From Clostridia bacterium (GTDB lineage Bacteria; Bacillota; Clostridia; Monoglobales; Monoglobaceae), in NCBI GenBank assembly GCA_017397725.1, contig JAFQIA010000005.1:3784-67783 (forward strand): a stretch of DNA of 64,000 nt, read 5' to 3'. A program made the position numbers and the translations under genes. Each line of letters opens with the position of its first letter. Position 1 is the stretch's first letter. Shown here one piece after another: positions 58,462 through 64,000 of the stretch. Below the pieces are notes generated by a model, which worked only from the letters and a program-made list of their open reading frames with translations, ran no database searches and was not told the DNA's origin.

Positions 58462-59234
58462 TCGCAGATAAGGTTTTGAAGGGTCTTCCTCTTGATGATA
58501 TCGATATTTTTGATGTCCATGGGCATTTGTCCGGTGAACCGAGATTTCTGACTCCTGATAGCGATGCAGATGGAATTGTGAAAACCATGGATCAAGTAGG
58601 TGTCAATGCCATTTGCCTTTCTTCTATGACGGCGCTCTATGCAAAGCCGGAAAAGGGGAATGACGAGGTAATCAAGGCTGTTCAAAAGTATCCGGGGCGG
58701 ATTTATGGATATGTTTCCCCCACACCCTATTATGAAGATGGCGATTTTGAAAAATACTTCACCGACCACCCCGGAATCCTTGGGGTGAAGCTTCACGCAG
58801 AGTGCCAGCAAACAGTCATTGATGACCCGCGGTACTTTCCGGCACTTGAAATTGCCGATCATTATGGCGTACCTGTGCTGATCCATACTTGGAGTGTGGA
58901 TGAAGTAAAGCGGATTATGAACCTTGCCGAGCGTTACAAGAATTGCAATTTTATTATTGCCCACAGCGCCATGTTGGTTTATCGCGATGCCTGTGTAGAA
59001 GCTTGCAAAAAATACGAGAACATTTTTGTGGACACCGCGGCATCTTATACCTTTGAAGGAGCTATTGAATATATGGTTTCCAAGGTGGGAGTAGAGAAGG
59101 TGCTCTACGGCAGTGATCTGGCGTTTTACGATTGCAGGCACACCATCGGCAAGATTGGACTTGCACAAATCAGTGAAACGGATAAAATTAAGATCTTCGG
59201 TGAAAACGCAAGAAGAATCTTTAACCGCTTATAA
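58458..59234 (+). CDS. Amidohydrolase_2-family metallohydrolase
   Basis: FDVHGH, GVKLH, PVLIH, IIAH, FVDTA, KVLYGSD, IFGENARRIF. Confidence 0.88.
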   Translation: MIADKVLKGLPLDDIDIFDVHGHLSGEPRFLTPDSDADGIVKTMDQVGVNAICLSSMTALYAKPEKGNDEVIKAVQKYPGRIYGYVSPTPYYEDGDFEKYFTDHPGILGVKLHAECQQTVIDDPRYFPALEIADHYGVPVLIHTWSVDEVKRIMNLAERYKNCNFIIAHSAMLVYRDACVEACKKYENIFVDTAASYTFEGAIEYMVSKVGVEKVLYGSDLAFYDCRHTIGKIGLAQISETDKIKIFGENARRIFNRL

Positions 59235-59237
59235 GCA

Positions 59238-59275
59238 AAAAGCAACCCATACCCTTCGTATGGGTTGCTTTTATT
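59238..59275 (+). terminator. Intrinsic terminator ending the glycan locus
   Basis: AAAAGCAACCCATAC-CCTTC-GTATGGGTTGCTTTT. Confidence 0.85.
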
Positions 59276-59296
59276 GTATAAATAATGATGAATATC

Positions 59297-59325
59297 TTGA
59301 AAAGAAAAATCCGGAGTGGTATAAT
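59297..59325 (+). promoter_or_regulatory. Sigma-A promoter at the head of the distal gene array
   Basis: TTGAAA-N17-TATAAT with extended TG. Confidence 0.65.
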
Positions 59326-59364
59326 GGGTCTGCAAAGCAGGCACTTCGGGAGAAGGGTGATTGT

Positions 59365-59880
59365 ATGAAAATTCATATTGGCATGCGCAAGATCAAGAGC
59401 TTGATTGCGTTAGGTGTTGCATTCATCATATGGCAGTTGATACGTATGTCCCTCCCAATGCTGGAGGCGCATCCGGTGTTTGCATATATTTATGCAGTAC
59501 TGGAAATTCGTGAAACGCCTGAAAAAACAAAAAAGTTCGGCAAGTTAAGAATCAAAGCAACGTTTATCGGGCTTGTTGTGGGGCTCGTGTTTATAACCCT
59601 ATCGGTATTCCTGTCTTCCAAAATGAATGGAGAGATTGGACAGCTTTTGATAGAAGTTTTGCTTATTCTAATTGCGACCCTTGTTTCGCTGGTGGTTTCC
59701 GAAATCACAAAATGTGAAAACTTTTGCGGAATTGCCGCAATCATAGCGATTATCTGTATGGTCTCGCAAAATGAAAAGAACATTTATCTTTATGCGGTTA
59801 TGCGCGTAATTCAAACATTGATTGGCATTTTGTCGGCGATGATGATTAATTTATTTGTGAACAAAAGAGGGAAAGAATAA
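59365..59880 (+). CDS. FUSC/aromatic-acid-exporter-like membrane protein
   Basis: HIGMRKIKS, G.LRIKATFIG, YAVMRVIQTLIGI.SA..IN; multiple TM. Confidence 0.75.
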   Translation: MKIHIGMRKIKSLIALGVAFIIWQLIRMSLPMLEAHPVFAYIYAVLEIRETPEKTKKFGKLRIKATFIGLVVGLVFITLSVFLSSKMNGEIGQLLIEVLLILIATLVSLVVSEITKCENFCGIAAIIAIICMVSQNEKNIYLYAVMRVIQTLIGILSAMMINLFVNKRGKE

Positions 59881-59945
59881 GTTTTCGCCAGTCTTGATAC
59901 GAACTTACAAAGATTTTATTACGGAAAAAGATAGGGAGAAGAAAA

Positions 59946-61100
59946 ATGTTGGATTGTGATAAATTGTTTGAAACAATAGACTCATTCAATGAGGAATACT
60001 TAAAGTTTCTGATAGATATTTGCAATATGGAAAGTCCTACGGATTATAAGGAAGGTGTAGACCGGGTAGGTAAGTATTTTTCTGATAAAGCGACGCAAAA
60101 GGGATGGCTTGTAGAAAGGCAAAGTCAGGAAATTTCAGGGGATTGCATCTGTATCACAATGAATCCTGATGCCAATGCGGCGCCTGTGTGCTTTTCAGGC
60201 CATATGGACACCGTTCATCCCGTTGGTTCTTTTGGAGAAAACCCTGTCCGGATTGATGAAGAAAAAATCTATGGTCCCGGTGTTATAGATTGCAAAGGGG
60301 GTCTTGCGGCGTGTTTTCTGGCAATGGATGCCCTTGAAAAATGCGGTTTTAACAAACGCCCTGTAAAACTTATTCTGCAAAGTGACGAAGAAAACGGCAG
60401 CCGTAACAGTGGAAAAACTACCGTGAAATATATGTATGAAAAAGCGCAAGGCTGTGTAGCTTTTTTGAATACGGAACCATATACCAAAGGTGGTCTTGTG
60501 ATTACCAGAAAGGGAATAAGCAAATATAAATTTGAGGTTACAGGCAAATCGGCACACTCCTGTGTATGCGATACAGGAGTTAGTGCAATTTGTGAAGCGG
60601 CTCAAAAGATTATCCGGCTTGAACAGTACAAAGACCGAAATTCTATTACCTGCAATTGTGGGATTATAAGCGGTGGAGCCGCAGAGAATACTGTTCCTGA
60701 AAAATGTATATTTACAGCAGATTTTCGCTTTAGCAACGAAGAACAGAGAAATGAAGTGGATAAAATAGTAAATGAAATTGCACAGACCTCCTTCGTAGAA
60801 GGGACAAGTTGTGTGGTGTCACTTGCAAGTTTTCGCTGTGCAATGTATGAGACAAAGGAGAATCTGGAACTCTTCCACAAGATAAAGAAAATATATAGAG
60901 AAAATGACGTAGAGGATATTGATTTGATTTATTCTCTTGGAGGATCCGATACTGCAGATTTAACACAAATGGGAATAACCTGTTTGGATGGTTTTGGGAC
61001 AGAAGGCGGAAACCTACATGGTCTTGGAGAATTTGCCTACATAAAATCATTGGCGCAATCGGCAAAGAGACTTGCCTCAGTTGTTTACTGTATGGAATGA
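59946..61100 (+). CDS. M20-family metallopeptidase/deacylase
   Basis: GHMDTV, GPGVIDCKGG, SDEE, GG..ENTVP, GGSD, H..GE. Confidence 0.9.
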   Translation: MLDCDKLFETIDSFNEEYLKFLIDICNMESPTDYKEGVDRVGKYFSDKATQKGWLVERQSQEISGDCICITMNPDANAAPVCFSGHMDTVHPVGSFGENPVRIDEEKIYGPGVIDCKGGLAACFLAMDALEKCGFNKRPVKLILQSDEENGSRNSGKTTVKYMYEKAQGCVAFLNTEPYTKGGLVITRKGISKYKFEVTGKSAHSCVCDTGVSAICEAAQKIIRLEQYKDRNSITCNCGIISGGAAENTVPEKCIFTADFRFSNEEQRNEVDKIVNEIAQTSFVEGTSCVVSLASFRCAMYETKENLELFHKIKKIYRENDVEDIDLIYSLGGSDTADLTQMGITCLDGFGTEGGNLHGLGEFAYIKSLAQSAKRLASVVYCME

Positions 61101-61165
61101 TTCTTGGATCTTGACTTGACACGAACATATAAGGATTGTCGAAATTTGTTGAAAAGAGGTATAAT

Positions 61166-62185
61166 ATGAAAATTATAAAAAAGGTGTGGGGAATTATTCC
61201 CGGATTTGCGATATCAATTTTGATTGCAGTAGTGGCAAAAACAATAGAAAGTCTTTTGCTGATACATATAGTAGGAGCTTCGGTTATTGCGCTATTTATA
61301 GGAATGATAATCAATCATTTCTGGAGACCAGATTTCATAAAGCCGGGAATTAAGTTTGCATCAAAGAAAGTTTTGAAATTTGCTATTATTCTCCTGGGCG
61401 CTTCTCTCAGTGTTGGGGTGATTCTTTCCGTGGGTAAATTATCATTGATGGTAATGGTTTTCACTCTTTTGACTTGTTTTGGCGGAGGTTTCTTTATAGG
61501 TAAGGCTTTGAAGTTAAATTGGAAGCTATCAAATCTGATTTCAGCAGGAACCGGTATCTGTGGAGGCTCTGCCATTGCGGCTATTGCCCCTGTTATTGAT
61601 GCAAAAGATTCTGATATTGCTTATGCAATGTCAGCAACTTTTTTGTTTGATATGGCAATGATTATATTATTTCCTATAATGGGCAGAGCTTTGGGACTAA
61701 GCGATATGGCTTACGGATTATGGGCAGGTACGGCAGTAAACGATACATCAAGCGTGGTTGCTGCAGGGTATGCTTTTAGCGAAGGTGCAGGCGATTTCGC
61801 TACTATGGTTAAACTGACAAGAACACTTAGTATAATCCCGACAGTTTTGGTGTTTTCTTTTGTAAGTTTGAGGATAAAACGAAAAGAAATATCTGATGCT
61901 TCATATCAGAAAGTTAATATTTTAAGGCTGTTTCCATGGTTTATTTTGGGATTTTTGGCTTTGGCAGCAGTAAACAGTATGGGAATGATACCGGCAAATG
62001 TTTCATCAGTTGCTAAAGATATAAGTAAATTTTTGATGGTTACTGCACTTGCGGCAATAGGATTAAACACAAGCTTTAAGGATATGAAAAAGTCCGGAAT
62101 AAATCCAATGATTCACGGATTTATAATATCAGCACTTGTAGTCATTGTTGCCATTTGTGTTGAGTGGTGTATGGGATTAGTGTAA
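61166..62185 (+). CDS. YeiH/putative sulfate exporter family membrane protein
   Basis: GTGICGGSAIAA, GTAVNDTSSVVAAG, VKLTRTL, PWFILGF, ALAAIGL. Confidence 0.9.
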   Translation: MKIIKKVWGIIPGFAISILIAVVAKTIESLLLIHIVGASVIALFIGMIINHFWRPDFIKPGIKFASKKVLKFAIILLGASLSVGVILSVGKLSLMVMVFTLLTCFGGGFFIGKALKLNWKLSNLISAGTGICGGSAIAAIAPVIDAKDSDIAYAMSATFLFDMAMIILFPIMGRALGLSDMAYGLWAGTAVNDTSSVVAAGYAFSEGAGDFATMVKLTRTLSIIPTVLVFSFVSLRIKRKEISDASYQKVNILRLFPWFILGFLALAAVNSMGMIPANVSSVAKDISKFLMVTALAAIGLNTSFKDMKKSGINPMIHGFIISALVVIVAICVEWCMGLV

Positions 62186-62303
62186 TTTAAGAATGCTTTT
62201 TTATTCCTAACTTAACACGAACGTGCCTCTAATAACATTGGCATCTAGATTATACATTCTTTATATAAAGAATGTCGAAATTTGACGAAAGCGAGGAAGA
62301 TGA

Positions 62304-63740
62304 ATGAAAAAAACATATATAACATCAATGCCAAATCGTATTGGTGCATTTTTAAAAGCGAGTAAGTGCTTTTCGGCATTAGGAATTAACATTACTCGTG
62401 TAAGTTACAATAAAGCTGTAGATTCGCATATGTTATTTATAGATGCAGAAGGAACTGAGGAACAACTGAAAAAAGCAGATAGCGAACTTGAAAAGATTGG
62501 TTATCTTCAAAATAATAACTCAAAAACAAGCATTGTTTTATTGGAGTTCTGTCTTAAAGATGTTCCGGGAAGTGTTACGGATGTTTTGACCCTTATTGAC
62601 AGATTCAATTTTAATATCTCATATATAAGTTCGCAAGAGAATGGAACAAATTATCAGTATTTTAAGATGGGTTTGTATGTTGATGATTCGCAAAAAATAT
62701 CTGAATTTTTGAAGGAAGTTAAAAAAATATCTAAAGTTCGAATGATAGACTATAACAGCTCAGAGAAGGTTTATGATAACAGTATTTTTTACAATACATA
62801 TGTTATGGGTCTGGCTCAAATTATGGGTTTAAGTGCCGATATAAGCAAAGAACTTTTAGTACATGTAAATCTTGCTATGCAGACATTGGACGAACAGGGG
62901 TTATCTCCATATCGCACCTTTGACAGTATCAGCAAGTTTGCAGAATTACTTGGTGCTTCAAAGGGAAGTAATTTTTCTCCACGTATAACTAAACACAAAA
63001 TCACCGAAAAAACCGAGATAATATTGATAGAACCTCCCTGCGGAAGTAATACAATTATTATAAACAGCGATAGAAAATATTTGTTTATAGACAGCGGTTA
63101 TGCTTGCTATAAAGAAGAAATGCTAAGCGTATTGAAGGAAATTATACCTGAATTTAATGAAATTAAAAAAACAATACTTATAACGCATGCCGATGTTGAC
63201 CATTGTGGACTGTTGCCACTGTTTGACGAGGTTATTGCCAGCCATAAAACCGCAATGTGCTTAAACAAAGAACATAATGGGAAAAACGGGTACAGGGAAG
63301 AAAATTCCCTGCACAAACCGTATATTAATATTTGCAAATTACTTACCTCATATAAAACGGTAAATCCCGATAAGGTCACAGTGTTGTGGGATGATGTAGA
63401 AAATCCTGAAGAACCTCTAACTCAAATTGGCTTTTTCGATTTTGGAGAACTTCATTTTGAGGTTTATGAGGGTCAGGGCGGACATCTTCCCGGAGAAATA
63501 GTTCTTATTGACTATCGAAATCATATTGCAATTACCGGGGATATTTATATTAATGTCCACGGATTAACACAGGAACAGGCAGAATACAACCAATATGCTC
63601 CTATACTAATGACATCTGTTGATACCAACCCTGAGCTTTGTTCTGAAGAACGAAGGGCCATTATGCAAAGACTTGGCGTGGGTAAGTGGCAAATTTTCGG
63701 AGCGCATGGGTTTAAAAAAGACTATTCAGTTAGTACATAA
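62304..63740 (+). CDS. Metallo-beta-lactamase-fold hydrolase with two N-terminal ACT-like domains
   Basis: NRIGAF....S.LGINI and DVPGSV......RFNFNISY ACT-like segments; FIDSG, THADVDH, GGHLPG, TGDI, GAHG. Confidence 0.78.
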   Translation: MKKTYITSMPNRIGAFLKASKCFSALGINITRVSYNKAVDSHMLFIDAEGTEEQLKKADSELEKIGYLQNNNSKTSIVLLEFCLKDVPGSVTDVLTLIDRFNFNISYISSQENGTNYQYFKMGLYVDDSQKISEFLKEVKKISKVRMIDYNSSEKVYDNSIFYNTYVMGLAQIMGLSADISKELLVHVNLAMQTLDEQGLSPYRTFDSISKFAELLGASKGSNFSPRITKHKITEKTEIILIEPPCGSNTIIINSDRKYLFIDSGYACYKEEMLSVLKEIIPEFNEIKKTILITHADVDHCGLLPLFDEVIASHKTAMCLNKEHNGKNGYREENSLHKPYINICKLLTSYKTVNPDKVTVLWDDVENPEEPLTQIGFFDFGELHFEVYEGQGGHLPGEIVLIDYRNHIAITGDIYINVHGLTQEQAEYNQYAPILMTSVDTNPELCSEERRAIMQRLGVGKWQIFGAHGFKKDYSVST

Positions 63741-63802
63741 TTTTTACCCTGTCTTGATATGAGGAATTAAAAATTGTCGAAAAATGTGAAAGGAGTTTTT
63801 AT

Positions 63803-64000
63803 ATGAATACTATAAAAATTAATTCAAATGGAGTAAAGATGATAGCACATAGAGGGGTAAGTGGCATTGAAAGAGAGAATACTTGTCCTGCATTTGTTGC
63901 GGCGGGAAATAGGAGTTATTTTGGTATAGAAACAGATGTGCACGTCACCAAAGATGGTAAATTTGTAATCATTCATGATGAAACAACCGAAAGAATTTCC
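63803..64000 (+). CDS. Glycerophosphodiester phosphodiesterase family protein, 3'-truncated by the window edge
   Basis: Read by hand: MNTIKINSNGVKMIAHRGVSGIERENTCPAF...GIETDVHVTKDGKFVIIHD; AAGGAG SD. Confidence 0.85.
   Translation, partial: MNTIKINSNGVKMIAHRGVSGIERENTCPAFVAAGNRSYFGIETDVHVTKDGKFVIIHDETTERIS

Larger units (their letters stand above)
59892..63791 (+). repeat. Dispersed intergenic motif WCTTRAYACGAAC plus tandem TGTCGAA boxes
   Basis: Copies at 59892-59904, 61114-61126, 62210-62222 and degenerate 63752-63764; TGTCGAA at 61137, 62273 and 63775. Confidence 0.7.

Noticed and set aside
59892-63791. CRISPR array or classical integron attC sites
   Set aside because: Repeats are only ~13 bp and separated by whole genes; no cas or intI gene, and no RYYYAAC/GTTRRRY palindromic attC structure

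Overview
64 kb of chromosome from a spore-forming Clostridia-like Firmicute (spoVAC-AD-AE, SLH proteins, sigma-A-type promoters, rubrerythrin). Bases 1-28.7 kb are mostly housekeeping and small catabolic units: the end of a polysaccharide-synthesis locus, an AraC/GH38/ROK/SIS unit, uppP, metA, an atypical orphan response regulator, spoVA, a Dus enzyme, a yybP-ykoY (Mn2+) riboswitch ahead of a P-type ATPase, tRNA-Leu and tRNA-Gln, cysK-tetR, putP, a GH94-like phosphorylase and a GldA/F/G-like ABC exporter. Bases 28.7-59.2 kb are one large glycan-utilisation locus. A membrane-anchored AraC sensor sits next to three promoters sharing a 33-bp operator. The locus encodes two paralogous heparinase II/III-like enzymes with different C-termini, a CUT1 ABC importer, SLH proteins, and putative amino-sugar catabolic enzymes (AGE epimerase, DegT aminotransferase, two amidohydrolases). 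A ~290-aa module that I do not recognise occurs six times across three secreted proteins. The two large secreted proteins that lack SLH domains end in the same ~105-aa domain, a possible anchoring or docking signal. From ~59.3 kb to the end is an AT-richer run of unrelated co-oriented genes. Their spacers share a WCTTRAYACGAAC motif and tandem Spo0A-box-like heptamers, resembling a gene-cassette array. All calls come from motif recognition by eye; no database searches were run.
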